Source of the DNA: Diadema antillarum
Taxonomy: Eukaryota
Length of the DNA stretch: 64,000 nt
Assembly (NCBI RefSeq): GCF_040938485.1
Contig: NW_027271118.1
Coordinates: forward strand, 124,001-188,000
Direction: 5' to 3'
A program made the position numbers and the translations under genes. Below, piece after piece: positions 1-14,160 of this stretch (the stretch's first letter is position 1; each line of letters begins with the position of its first letter). The notes beneath the pieces were generated by a model. It did not search any database. It was not told the DNA's origin and was given only the letters and a program-made list of their open reading frames with translations.

Positions 1-99
1 GCCATTAGGAAGTTCAAGTTTTATCTCAGACAAGCTGGAGAATGGTGGTCTTGCTAAACCTGAGAATTGAAAAAAATGACATCTGTATCATGATTGCTC

Positions 100-130
<31 letters not shown>

Positions 131-213
131 AAAAGAAAAAAAAGAAATCTATTCCGTAAATGTCTATTTTTATTCAAACTTTATTTCAAAGTTTTTAAAT
201 TTGTTTAATTATG

Positions 214-446
214 TGTAAAATGCACATGGCAATCATGCTATCAGCGAATCTGGTCATACTGTATTAGTATATGATTCAGAAAATGTCCACATGATAGCTA
301 ACTGAAATCTGAGAAATAATATATTTTTTGTAAAATGCACGTGTGCAATCATGTCATCAGCGAATCTGGTCATACTGTGTTAGTATATGATTCAGAAAAT
401 GTCCACATGATAGTTAACTGAAATCTGAGAAATAATATATTTTTGT
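214..446. repeat. Tandem duplication, 2 x about 115 bp
   Basis: The unit tgtaaaatgcac...gaaataatatatttt starts at 214 and at 329. Confidence 0.85.
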
Positions 447-1507
447 ATTAATCAAAGGTTGGTAATTGGTTTTTCATGGATTATTAATGTGCAGGACATA
501 TGCAAAAATATATCATAGTCGTAGCTTAAATGAGGTTTGAAAACGCAAAATAGATTGTGAAATTTCAGGAGGATGATCAAGGAAAACTCAGAAAATCTTG
601 TGTCACAACATTGTAACTTACTCTCATACTCTCTTTTTTTCCCTCACATTTTAATGAGCTGTGGAATTGTGCTGTGCTAAGACACACAGGTATAAGTTAC
701 TTATACCTGTTATTGAATTATAATTCAACAACTTTCATAATCTGTGATAACAAATAGGCCTGTACACTCAAACGAGGTGCGAATAAACCAGTATATAAAG
801 ATATATATAACAAGATAATAATTGGGGACCTGAACTTTAAATTCCATATAACAATATTCTGTTATAACCATGTTTGTTAAAACAGGGATGCACTGTATTT
901 TAGGGTAGTGGTACGAAACCAATTACAGTGCTCACCGCTTAATCGGGAGGGGTCGGGAGACGAGTTTTTCTCCGCATTTAAGTGGTGCTCCCGCTAAAGC
1001 AGTGGCTGATATTGGCCCATGTAAACCACACAACATGAAGCCCAGTATGTGGGCATTACACTGAACCATGCACGGAACATGCCGATAACCACAGCAATTG
1101 AGCAGCAAGTACACGGGCGATGCAACAGGCAGACACAAAATGGCGATAAGAAAAGACAGCAGTCTCGTGATTTTGGCAAATGCCTCATTGGAACAAACCT
1201 TCATTCATTTGATCCACAAAATAACCCTTTTTTTAAGAGTTCCAAGTGCAGAAAGTCATGATGCCTACCCTATTGATGCATAGAAAGAGGCAGCTATGCT
1301 AACTTCCACTCGCCGTTATAACATGTTAACAACATGCACATTATGACGACACTGATTGTGATGATTGTACAAACACATATTTCTCATATTTATGCCCCCT
1401 TGTCACACACAAGCACACACACTGCATGCATACTATGCATGAACAGGGAGAGTATGGGCCGCACGCGGGGAAGGTGACTCTCTGCATCGCACTGAAGGGG
1501 TACAGTG

Positions 1508-1671
1508 CAGGGGCAGATCCAGGAATTCTGTAAAGGGGGGGGGGGGGCGGACTAATATTTCTGGTGCCACTTCCGGGTTTCATTTCATGTTTTTTCTTTT
1601 ATTTCTTTTGTTTTTAACGAAAAAGAAAGGGGGGCGTGCGCCGGTTGCGCCCCCCTCTGGATCCGCCACTG
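1508..1671. mobile_element. CAG...CTG MITE with 5-bp TSD (hAT-like), copy 1
   Basis: TIR CAGGGGCAGATCCAG / CTGGATCCGCCACTG, TSD CAGTG. Confidence 0.75.
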
Positions 1672-1986
1672 CAGTGTAAGTGCATGAGTACAAGCTGACA
1701 ACGCTCGATAAGATGACCGCCTCTGCACTACATCTCACTGCCTAACGGCAAATGATAGATTGCAGTTGGTATGATATATTGGGAACTAGTTAGAAAATAA
1801 TCCTTCTGGTACGAAAATGAAATCCCTGCAATTATTTCTAAGGATTTACTCATTATTTTTAGACATTAATGACAAACAGTGGAAGTTTTTTCAGCCACAT
1901 TTGTCCCGATAAAGCAGGTCATGGTTCTGATTAAGCGGTGGAAATAACACGTGAAAAATTTGTTTCATCAAGTTTTTTGCACTTAA

Positions 1987-2476
1987 AGGACAAGTTCACC
2001 TTCATAGACATGTGAGTTGAGTGAATGCAGCAATGTTAGTAGAATACATCAGTGAGAGTTGAGGAAAATTGGACAATCCATTCAAAAGTTATGAATTTTT
2101 GAAGTTTCTGCTCAGTCACGGCTTGGATGAGAAGACTACTATAGCTTGTGATGTCACGTGTACAATGATATAAAAAAGTATAAAGAAACTTCCACATATT
2201 TTCACTTTTTCTCGCATAACAAAAGAATACTTGACTTCTCTCTTTCAGAAGGCAAGGGGAATAATATTACCCTTAACTTACGTCAGTAACAACGTTCTAC
2301 GCATGTGACATCATACACTGTAGTTGTCTTCTCATCCAGCAGTGATTGCGCAGATACTTTAAAAATTCATAACTTTTAAATGGATTGTCGGATTTTCCTC
2401 AAACTTTCACTGATGTATTGTACTAATATTGGTTGCATTCACTCAATCCACATGTATATGAAGGTGGACTTGTCCT
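1987..2476. mobile_element. TTAA-flanked Kolobok-like MITE
   Basis: TTAA|AGGACAAGTTCACC...GGTGGACTTGTCCT|TTAA. A degraded relative lies at about 10370-10910. Confidence 0.75.
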
Positions 2477-3057
2477 TTAAGCGGGGTTCCCGCTTAAGCA
2501 GTTCCCAATTAACAAGGTGAGCACTGTACTGGATCATTATATATGGTACTAAATTCAGCTTGTGTGTGTGTGTGGGTGTGTGTCTGTGTCTCTGTGTGTG
2601 TGTGCTTGTGTACAGGGTACAAGAATCTCAGTCTATTTGTTGGTAGCAAATCATGTGTCATTTTGATTTATTGATGCTTGAATTGATTTATACTTTTACC
2701 ATTCTTATGTGTACAGCAATCATACATTTGACTATTATTACTGATACAGTATACCAGTAGTTATATCCCAAGACAGCATTGTTTATTTATAGTTGCTGTT
2801 CACATGTTTGACTGTCTAAATATTCCAAATTTAGATTAGTTTCAAGCCAATAAAGATGCCTTTTGAAAGAAGAAAGTGGTTGGAAGCAGTGAATTGTGTT
2901 GAATATCTTAAGACTGTGTGTTGCTTTGTCTAAAATTGCAGGTCATCTAGATCTATCTTGTTGAAACTCAAAATACTTTGCATGCATTATACATGTGAAA
3001 GTGATTGTACATAAGGTACTCACGAATGCATAGATTGTATATTAATACACATTTGTG

Positions 3058-3616
3058 TTATTACCTCCGCCAAGGGAGGAGGTTATGTTTTCATTACCGT
3101 TGGTTTGTTTGTTTGTTTGTTTATTTGTTATTTTGTTTGTCCTTGTGCAAAATAACTCAAAAAGTAGTTAACGGATTTGGATGAAACTTACAGGAAAGGT
3201 TGAGAATGACACAAGTAACAAACGATTAAATTTTGGTAGTGATCCAAGAATTTTTGGGGAATTTATGAAGGATTTTTGATATTTTGACATGTAGGGTCAA
3301 TGAACTTGGGAGTTCAAGTTGCGCATTTTTGAGGTTTTCAAATGCGCACTAAAGTGCGTGCTCCAGTTTCTGCAGCTGGGCGAGGCACGTCGCGCAGCTG
3401 AGGGTTTATGACGTAACAAAGGCTTCTATATTGGGAAATTGGGCGATTTTTTAGCATGTATACCTATGGGTGTGGAAATCACTGATCTCCATGGAAGAGC
3501 CCAAAGAGCTTTTCCCCAGTGGTGGAGAGGAGAAAAATCTCTTTAGGAAGAGCCAGATCATCGGTGGAAAGTAGCTGCTTGGCAGAGGTCTGCGCTCTCA
3601 GAGTGCTTTTCTAGTT
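3058..3616 (+). mobile_element. Helentron-associated (HINE/DINE-like) element
   Basis: 5' ttacctccgccaag, a (TTTG)n tract, and a 3' subterminal inverted repeat cttggcagaggt followed by ctgcgctctcagagtgcttttctagtt, which is the diagnostic HINE layout. Confidence 0.65.
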
Positions 3617-6600
3617 TGATTTTTTCCTCTTCATTTTTCATTCCAATTGGATTGCATTTGTTCATAAATTGCAGAACTTGTACTGTGAAAACAAGATGGA
3701 AGATAAAGAAAAAAAAAGAGAAAACTTAAAGAACAAAATAGAATCCAGACTTTTTTTCTCAAATCCTGAAGAATTATATATCTAAAATCTTACAAATGTC
3801 AAAAAAGTAGAGTATCGAATATGTTTCAAGGACTTCACTTCATAACATGGAAAATTGCATTTCCTTGACATTTTATATCACTTGAGGGTTTTGCAAGGCC
3901 AAAGTAATATTGAAGCACTCTTCACTAGTGCCTACCCCCCTTCCCTGCAGTGTAGTGCAACTGGCAGAAATCCAACCTGAGTGAGGTAGACTGCATCAAG
4001 TGGGTACATGTACACAATGCAACATCATGATGACTCCAGGAATCTTAATTTAATTGTAGATGAGAAATTTATATAGCACCTATAACAAAATGTTTTTAAG
4101 TGCTTTACAGATAATAGCACCAATAAACATCAACAATTAACAAAAGAAACATATTAATCAATGAGTACAAATAATCCATGAATTGCGTGATCATCATTAT
4201 TGTTCCATGCAGTCGGTCCGAGTTTCTTTTTGAAAATGTCAGTGGAGGTTATAGAGTACGATACTGAATATGGGTAGGGAGGTTGTTCTACTAGAGAAGG
4301 GGGGCTCAAATGGAAAAGGCACGATCACCAAATCAGTTGTTGGTACGAGGGCTAAGTGCAAGCTGTGTTCCAGATGATGATCTGAGACTTGTAAATGTCT
4401 ACATTTGTATGTATCACTTGCACACAGGGCAGAATAACCTTCAAACAGAAGTATGCTTTGAAGTTCAAGTAGATATGAGTACATTGTATATCAATGCCGA
4501 GTGCTACTGTGTGCAAAGCTGCCTGCCCTTGGCAACTGAAACTCATTGCCAGACAAGCGATATGAATTTGTACCGTTGCACAAATTTGGATTGGGGCAAG
4601 TGGATGAAATATCTTTTGTAATGCATGTACCCTGCAATGTTGTGCTTTTTTTTTTCTTTTTTTGAATGACAGCGCCTCATCACCTGATTGTCCAAGCAAG
4701 ATAAAAAACTCTATCCAAAACACAAAGGTTTTAATGATTACTGAGAGAAGTGCAGATGCTGTGGAGTTGAATGATATCATTGATGTTATCATTGCTTTCA
4801 TTTGGGCCTCAGTATAGGCAACACACATACAGTGTGAGCTTACGCCAACAATTTCTCTGTGTGCATGGGTGACAGAGAGTTTTCTGACACAGCATCCAAG
4901 TGACCTGAAATGGGTAGTCATGGCAAGGCTTTCATGTTAAAATACTAGACAATAAAAACTCACATGTTGACATCCTTAATTGGGTCACAGTGTAAATCTG
5001 TGACCCAAGTTGATTCTTATGGTCATGTTAAACTTGTCACAATTTTACCAACTAAATTATGTCATACATGTACCATACTAATAAAATCTTGTACCCATGT
5101 TTGTTACAATGGAGTTCAATGTTATGTATGATTCAGTAATCCTGTACAGGTATACTGCATCTCACTTTAATACGAGCTGCTGCAGCTACAGAATTACAAA
5201 TACATGTATATACATTGTAATATGTAATGCATCCAGTCAAAAGAAAACCAAAAATATTTCATGTGTAATGTAAACTCGAAAGTGATTTACAATATGGACA
5301 GTGCAACATGTAGGATTAATGGAGCAAGACTGAAAATACATGTACAAGTACACTGTGCATATTCAGCTTATTCCACTGCAATGGTATTCACAACTACATG
5401 TACTGTACTTGAAATTCAGTACCTCAACACAAACAAAAATATTTCAAACACTTTTGTGTAAACTTGTATTTATTGATTCACTGCACTATATACACTAGGA
5501 ATTTCAGCATTAAAAAATTCTACATTAATTTTCGTGTTTCACTTGCATTTAAACAGAGTAAACAGAAATGAAGAGAGTACAGTACATGTACAGTATTTGG
5601 AGCATCAGATCTGACATTCCTAGTACACATACAGGGAAACCAGTTATAATACTGCATATGTGGTAGTCAGGACCATACCGATGTATTTTCTTGTTATAAT
5701 GAAATCTTGTTTAAACATACAAAGCAGTATGGGAAATGACAGTTTTACTTGTAAACTCCTCTTGTACTGATGAAATTTTGTTGTATTTGTGTTTGTCATA
5801 ATGGGTTTACGTGGAAAAATGATACTTCACATCTATGGAGTGACCACTCGTCTATCAATTATGGGATGCATTAGACAGCATCATGAGACAAATATTTACG
5901 ACTAATGAGGATACAGTTAGAGTGATAAGTAATGGCAAAACTCAACCCATCAACCAAGAATCACTGGTAGGTATGTGAATTGAATGATAATAACAATTAA
6001 AGACATCAAATTCAGTCTCCAAGAAAAACATGTACCATGTAAAAGCTCAGTGCTATGAAGGTACAATGTATATGAAGTGTAAGATTCTTAAAAAGCCATT
6101 TAAAATAGACTGCTTCAAACAAACATGCATTTTAGTCAGTTTGTAAAAATTACATAAAACTAGCACAATGTGCCATGCATGATCTTCATTTGAATTAGGC
6201 AACACATTGAATGTATAAGATCAGAAATTATTGTGATTATATCATCTACCACTTTATTTTTTGCAAAAAGGAACGGTGTTTATCTTTGTAAATGGATGGT
6301 AATTCCACAACGTATCAATTCATTTATTCTCTGTCCCCAGGAAATATTGCATTTCATTTTTTATCTGTGAGAACTTGTTCTGACAAATGTGACTACCTTG
6401 GTATGATACAATGTGTTGTCTAATCTTTTATGTACAGAATTTCTACAATAGTTCTACAGACTGATATCTAAACATTTTCACAATCCACACTTCCAAAATA
6501 AATGTCATATACACTTGAAAAAGTGAAAGGCACGTAGGGTTAAAACTATCACAGACATCAAGTGTAAGAAACATGAAGGTGAAAGGCTTGCATGAAGTGC

Positions 6601-7099
6601 ATGTTTCCAAAACAAATAGACATGCTGTCAATATAATGCCCAATAGTCTCTCATAAGCCTGCCAGGTCTACTTGATTCTGCTTGAGGGGGTCCTTGAAAA
6701 GAAAAAAAAATTACCTTTTCTTTATGCCCTGTCAAAGTAAATACACAGATTTCAGTGATGTAAAATCTAAGATTTCTTATCGATGTGCATACAAATTGCA
6801 GGTATTTCCTGATGGTTCTACGGAACATTCCTGATTTTGATGTGTGAATACTGTCAGTCCAGTTGCCATAATTTTTGGATACACGGTTCATGTATTTCCA
6901 GACAGCCACTGGCTACAAAGCATGTTGCATTTTCCTTTCTCGTGTAATTATCACTGAAGATGCAGAAATCAAAAAGGAGGACTTGTTAATACACATATGC
7001 CTGCAAGGATCGGTAGGAGAATATTTCACAATGATTTACAATATCTCTGATACTGAGTTTTAATATGCAGCTGAAGTCAGTGCTCCAAAACGCTCCAGT

Positions 7100-7342
7100 T
7101 ACTGTATATGCCAAATATTTCGAGACGTTTTATTTTCGTGAATTTTGAGAGATAGGTGTTAGTTGTGAATTGAAAAACACCTGAAAAAATTAACTGAGAT
7201 GCCAACGTGACTGTCATGTGCATGCATACATTTCTCCATTCCGTCCTGTACGCCACGATCGAAGATTTAACGACTCGCAAAATTGTCATGAGGTCCTGAT
7301 TCGCGAAGAATTAGACTCGCTAAATATATGGCATATACAGTA
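7100..7342. mobile_element. TA-flanked MITE family (TACTGTA...TACAGTA)
   Basis: TIR tactgtatatgcca / tggcatatacagta, with subterminal ttcgcgaa motifs. Confidence 0.7.
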
Positions 7343-7409
7343 TCTCTTTCTTGACTAAACAAACTAGACTTCTCTCAGTGTGTTAAGGGTTATGCATGTA
7401 CAGAATAAC

Positions 7410-7573
7410 AACGCTACACACTAGCACTGGTCCGACGGCCCAGGACCAGTAAAAATCACTGTCGGACCTGTAAGTTTTTTAGGAATAGACCAGTAAAATA
7501 TGGAAAAACTGGGTATTTACTGGTCTGACAGACGGGTTGGACCAGTAGGAAAAATGGGTTAGTGTGCAGCCCT
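7410..7573. mobile_element. hAT-like MITE (gcactggtccgac...gcagccctg)
   Basis: Closely similar second copy at about 14192-14359. Confidence 0.6.
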
Positions 7574-9787
7574 GATTGTATAAATCTATGTGATTCATCA
7601 CCATTATTACTGTTGTAAAGTCACAGTTTAAGCCAAGAAGACTACAAGAAGATAGTGATTTGGTTATTTGATTTCTGTTGTAATAATCATAAGTTGATAT
7701 CTTACTGCCTTCTTTGCACATTTGTCTCAAATGCGGGAACTCTTTGGTATTTACAATGAAGGTTAAGTTATCACGACCTTTTGAATTATTACATCATGTT
7801 GCCTATCTAAGTCTTCAATGCACTTCTTGACTGCATCGAAACTTTTACAGCTGGGTTTTGTGCTGTTTCTGAGGTAGGTTGTTGGAAATTTAGTAGGAAA
7901 AATTATGAGCCATTTGAAAGCTTCTTTGGAAAGTTCAAAAGCACAGAAATTAAAAAAAAAAGACAATAAGCAACTTTATTAAGCTTTTGTGGTGATATGT
8001 CACATATACATGTATGTAGTTTGCACAATCCCTAGTAGTCCTCATGGATTAGGTGTGTAAAAGTGTATCATACATCTGAATTTACTCTATATTTCACCAA
8101 ATTGTTGCTTTAATTTCTCTGCTTCTATTCAAAATACTGTAACTTACCGTCATTATCCCACTTACTACCAGAGTACAAGTAAGCACATGTATGATCTATA
8201 TAATCAGAAGTACAAATGTTTATCAGTATTGTATGTCATTTGGCATTGTATTAACCATCAGGAAAACATATTGGTAGGCTACCCCATGTTCGTATGAACA
8301 TATAGAATAAAATAAAGCCACAGAATGGTTTCATTCAAATTAGACATTAAAAAAGAAGAAGTTATGGACACTCAGGTTCACATTAAAAAAACAGCCCAAA
8401 ATAAAGTCATATTGGTAGCAACCAAGTGTGTACATTAGATATTAAAGGTGAACATATCATCACCTTACAAGTCTCTTGGTGACCTGCACAAGTACGGTCA
8501 TGTAATTTCTTTCTCTGAGTTAAAATTGATAATTCTCTGTGAAATGGAACAGTATGGTAAAAACCTGGTGACGACCGTTTGAAGGGGTAACAGTTGTGAT
8601 TGATGAGTTCTAGACCAAAAACCAAAGTTTCAAGATGCTTTTCAGTACAAACCAAGGGAATGTTGGGGGGGAAGATATCATTGCTTATCATGTTTTATAA
8701 TATATATGCACATTGTGTTAAAAAAAAAAAAAAGGACTTCAAAAGCCTAAAACTCTCATTTTATGTTCTCATTTTGTGGAAGCATTGACCATTCAGCTTT
8801 GATGATTTCACCTTGTCCATGAAGGTCAAATCTTAGATATTGCAGGAATCCTGTTAGATTTTAGACAATATTTTGGCTTCATTCTGACCTATCACTCCTC
8901 TCTCAATAGACCTGAAATAAAATATCACAGTGTGAAAGAGGTAGATACCATGAAGAGAATGACACGATGCATTGTAGTGATATGAAAATCAATGTCATCT
9001 ACAGAAAGGAACAAACACAAAGTTTCACTAACAAATAACACAGACAATAACCAAAGACACAAGGGATGTTAAAGGGGAAATCCTGAGCTGTTAAAAGTTA
9101 GTGTGAAAAGACAGAGTAAAACATTTTATCAAAATTGATTTAAAGTTTGGGAAATTAAGATATTTTGAAGTTTTGCTAATTATGCAAAAATAGTGTTTGA
9201 ACAGTTGATATGAGTGTGCAAATGAGTGAGCTGATATCATCACCTTACAATTTTCTATTGGTCGTGTACTAAAAAAAAAAGAAAAGAAAATTTATTTGCT
9301 TGTTTTTTGTTACGAAAATGTAAAGCAGATTGTTATTCAGGGCTGAATGACTTCAAAATAATGATAACTCAAATATATTAGGATCTGACACTTGAGCATA
9401 ATCGAATGTACAAAAAAAAAGGAGGGGGAAAGGGACATTTTAAAAATTTGTAGACAATCTATATGGCAAGTTGTGAGGTGATGACATCAACTCACTCATT
9501 TGCTAATTCATATTGACAGTTCAAAAACTGTTTTGCAGAAATTAGCATAACTTCACAATTTTATAACTTCCCATATTTCTACTAACTTTAATTGGTTCAG
9601 AATTTCCCTTTAATTGTTTTGCTCTAAAAAGCAGTGCTATGCACTAGCTTCTCCCTGCACTGTTTAGAAAATATTAAAATACATGATTGTGAAATAATGC
9701 TATTGACATTAAAAGTCATTAGACTAGGCACTTTTGAAGAACATGGATACTTGATATACAAAAGAAGAAATCTAAAATTCTAGGAGT

Positions 9788-12700
9788 TCATGGAGACATG
9801 CTTGATTCTCCGTCACTGCTTGGTGAAACAAACAGCCGTCTTCCTTGCTTGTTGCATTTCTGAGAGGCTTCTATCGTAACAGGCGTCTGTACACTGTTGT
9901 CTTGAAACTTGCTTGGGCTGAGTTGATGGCAGAGTCTGCAGACTGCCATGTACTTGTCGGCACCACCTATCACCTCAAGCTAGAGTCATCCCATGCACAG
10001 AAAATGAGTAAATGAAGGAAATAGAATTAATACATGTTGATAAAGAAATCAATTTTTAAACGAGAATGAATGTATAAATAGAGAAATCAATTTTTTCAGA
10101 GAATAGTTGATATATAGATAGAAAAATCAATTCTAACAAGAATACATAAATGGAGAAAACAATTTTCAAAGAGAGTAGATATATAAATAAAGAAACCATT
10201 TTTTAAAAGAGAATAAATGGGCATTTCCACAGTAAAAGGGTACATTTCAGGGATGTCACTTTATTTTCTATTTTCTGTTTCCAATGTGCATTACCCCAAT
10301 ACCAAACAATCTTTTAGGCCAGACATACGAGAGATAACTTTGCCCCCAAATTGTTTCAAAGAAGCAATGTATTAGAATTAGCAGAACACATCAGTGAAAG
10401 CTTGAGGGAAATCACACAATCAGTTCAAAAGTTATCCTTGCCATCGCTGGATGAGGAGACTACTACAATTTGTGATGTAACTTGCATAGAATGATATTGA
10501 GAAAAAGAAAATGCATTCCACAAAATTTCATTTTTTTTTTTTTTTGGGGGGGGGGGGGGGGGTAGTACGTACACATTCCACTGACTTGTTACTGATGTTT
10601 TAGTAAAAGGGTAATATTATTCCCCCTTCATTCTGGAAGAGGCAAGTCAAGTGCTCTTTTATCATACCAGAAAAGTGAACATATGTTGAATTTTCCTTAT
10701 ATTTTCTGGACATTGCTCTATGCAAGTGACCACGCAAATTGTTGTACAATGTAGTCTTCATATCCAGCAATGACAACATTGAAACATCAAAAATTCATAA
10801 CTTTTGAAAGAATTGTCAAATTTTCCCCAAACTTTCACTGATGTGTTCTACTAATATTGCTGCATTCACTCAATCCACACATATATTGAGGTGGACTTGC
10901 ATGTCCTTCAAACATGCAAACAAATTAAAAGTACTTGATCTGTTTCTCTCTCCTGATCGTACGTGAAACACAGCGTAGCTGTACAACAATGCCATTTTGG
11001 ACCCAATTCATATCGTGCATTTCCAGATCAATGTTCTTTTGTTTTTCTGGTTTTCACAAAGAGACAAGTACACATTCAGTCAAGGGAATGATGTCAATTT
11101 AGCTATTCACATTTTTTGGCCTGTCAATACATTAATTTACTGAACTCCAAGAGTCACAAAACATCTGCAATCAATCAATCATATCATCCTATAATTGTAT
11201 GTGTGCTCATCAAGGACTACCAGAAAAAAAGGTAAAGGTATAAAGGTACATGTGAGCACACGTAACACATAAAACATGCAGTCAGCAGACTTTATCCCAT
11301 CCTGCATTTTGTTGACATGTGTGAGGCTTACTGTATGCACATCTGAACCCTTTTGGGTGGTAGTGATGGTGGGTGGGTACTATAAAAATGGTTATTTTTT
11401 GCACCTGACTGGATGAGATGAATTTTGCATGTTTTTAATTCCATGGAATCAAGACATTTATTAGTGGAACATGCAAGGTGCAAAAATATTTGTGTGATTG
11501 TATTTTCACCTTGGTTTCTGGTTGTGTGAAATGCGCACAAATTTCCACTTTATACAGTATGGGGTATAAAGTGATCTAGCACAATGTTTGTTTGGAGAGT
11601 TAGGGGTCAATTTAGGGCCAAACCACGGACCACCTACCTCGGTTTCATAGCCCAGCCTCTTTGTGTAGGATGCCTCATTATAGCAGCGCATGCACACGGC
11701 ATTGAGTTTGATCACACTTTCAGCCAGGGGAACAAGGTTTAGGATGTCACCAAAGCCCTGAAGTTAGGAGGAAAAAGACGGAATTATACAACACAGAATG
11801 TAGATTAGGCATTTTGATAATAAATACTTTGTGACTCTTTAATGCAAATATGTTGTTGGCATCTTTTTTTCTCTCTCTCTCTCTCAATAGTTGCACTAAC
11901 AGATGAAATGGCAACAAAGAAGTATTCTTCACATTCATGAAGGCCATGTCTCCTGAACATGTCTACACCAAGCCATCAATCATTTGCAAGAAGTACTCTG
12001 AATAAAAAATTCACAACTGGTTCTTCTACTGATCATGGACTGTGTATTATTTTGTTGTGACTTCATCAAACTTTTTCATTTCTTTCATATTTGACACTGT
12101 CTGTGAGACATTGATAGAAGTATTAACAAAGTTGGAGAAATGATAAAGTAATGAGAAGAAAATAAACACTGGTCCAAAAGATATCAAAGCAACTGCTCTA
12201 CATCACATTCGATTTATAATAAATCATTTGCAAGAATACAGCTGCCAACACAAATCTAAAAAATATGACACACTTACAATGGCCATTTCAGAAGCTGTTT
12301 CTTTTCTTGCAAGTCAATGAAGACAACTGCCTTTATATAACTTTTTTCACGGATTCTTACTTTGTGAACAGCACTGCAGTATTCTAAGTTATAAAAAGGC
12401 TATTTTTGTTGGAAAACCAGTATTTTACCTTTCCCGCAATAAACATGCGTGTAGTTGCACAATTTGGGAAAGTAGTATTTTTCATGAAACCTGTAGTATT
12501 TTTGTAAAAAAACAATACAAAATAGTAACAGTTGGAATCTCTGCTTCCCTCTGCTTCCGTGTTGTGTCAACATCTACAGGAAATACAAATGCTGATTGAA
12601 CATTTCCTCACTGGTCAAATCTTCAAATCACAAACCTTTCTTTGGAAGGTTCCATCTAATGCAGCAACGATGATAACCTTCCCAACATTGGCCATCCTCT

Positions 12701-14128
12701 CACAGAACTTGACACAATCTGGGAACTGCGAGAATTGAAACAAACAAAACAGGAACACTGGTCATATAACATTTCCTTTAAATTATATCATACTATCTAT
12801 TCATGTTATAAAGATTAACTTTTAAGCTGAAGCACCACACAACAAAAAATGATGGAGTAATTTTGGTCTCACCACTGGGTGTGAATTATGATAAATTTTT
12901 TCACAAAAGCTCATCACTGTCTCTCAATGCATTAGATATGATCAACATTACAAACACTGGTCCAGCAAAAAGTCCAAAAATTTGTGAACTCTTGGCTCAT
13001 GCACAAGCCAATTAATACCATCATTTTTCCAAGCACATGCAGCATAGGGCTTGCATGTGTATTACTCAGAAGAGTACATCTGATCTCAGGAAAGTTGACC
13101 ATATACTGTAAAACATGATAAATTCGCGGCATGAAATTTTCGCAAATTGGAGCTGACGGCCTTTTTCATGCCATGAAGTTTTCATGAATTGCCATTGGCA
13201 TGCAATGTGTAGACAAGAACTTTCACGTGCATTTTAATTTCGTGAATCATGGCGCTCGCAAAATTCGCGAAATTAAAATGCACGCGAACATTCCTCGTCT
13301 TACAGTAGTTCTCTGTGGTACATTGCAAAAATTTTCAAAGATGAGAGAGGGATGAGGGAGAAAAAAGGCTTCATCATGAAATCGAAAGATGAGTACTTCT
13401 GTGAAGTTCAGAGATGAGTACTTCTGTGATATTTTGAAGAGAGTTAATGACTGTGAATGGGAGTCTACTTACAAACTGTCCTTCGTCGATGCCAATCACC
13501 TCAGCTTCTTCAGCAAGTTCAAGGATATCAGAGAGACAACTGGCAGCTGTGGCTTTGCACACTTGACTGTGGAATAAGAAAAATTAACCAGAGCTGTTAG
13601 CATTCAAACATTAAAATTAGGAGGGTTCTAAGGAGCAATCGGGGGGACACTTTAATTCTAGGGGAAGAAAAAATTATCTACACGGGGAGGCTATTTTTTT
13701 GTAAGGATATTGAGTTTGTTTTGTTTTGTTTTGTTTTTGTTTTTTCAGGGAGCTTCCTGCAAACTAGAGGAGACTTGGCAACTCTCATGAACATGTTTAT
13801 ACTGGTTTGGCTGGCATGAAGTACTATACAATTCATGAATCATCATCAGGCCAAAACATTTGTCTTTCCACATCAAGAATACTAAGTTTTGAAATGTTCA
13901 TATTTACTAACTCCTGCCTTTCAGCAGTGTAGTGTAAAAATACACACCGTAGATAAAGTAAACAAGCCAATGTACTATTAATGCACCAGTTCATTTTAGA
14001 CTCATCACTACTCAGCTGTATTGTATAATAATAACAACTAAACGTTTCATCATGCAAAACTTGCAATGTAGGTGGTTCACAATCATTAAGTTTCTAGCAT
14101 ATCCTCCTTATTATTCTATGCGTATAAA

Positions 14129-14160
<32 letters not shown>

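Larger units (their letters stand above)
924..2528. mobile_element. TA-flanked Tc1/mariner(pogo)-like non-autonomous element carrying two nested MITEs
   Basis: Terminal inverted repeat TACAGTGCTCACC (924-936) / GGTGAGCACTGTA (2516-2528), with subterminal cccgct(t/a)aagcagt repeats at both ends. Confidence 0.6.

Noticed and set aside
725-1283. Hydrophobic, Cys-rich ORFs (e.g. MKVCSNEAFAKITRLLSFLIAILCLP...)
   Set aside because: No recognisable family, no convincing splice sites, and they lie in or next to a TIR-bounded element.
4239-4921. 103-aa plus-strand and 189-aa minus-strand ORFs, plus a KCKLC..CKC stretch resembling a piggyBac C-terminal domain
   Set aside because: The Cys stretch is broken by stops, there are no other transposase motifs, and I could not link it to any exon chain.
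4673-8900. Scattered exon-like segments on both strands (e.g. 5880-5967 plus, about 7775-7845 minus), checked as a possible SYNGR2-like neighbour of TK1
   Set aside because: No phase-consistent chain and no synaptogyrin/MARVEL sequence.
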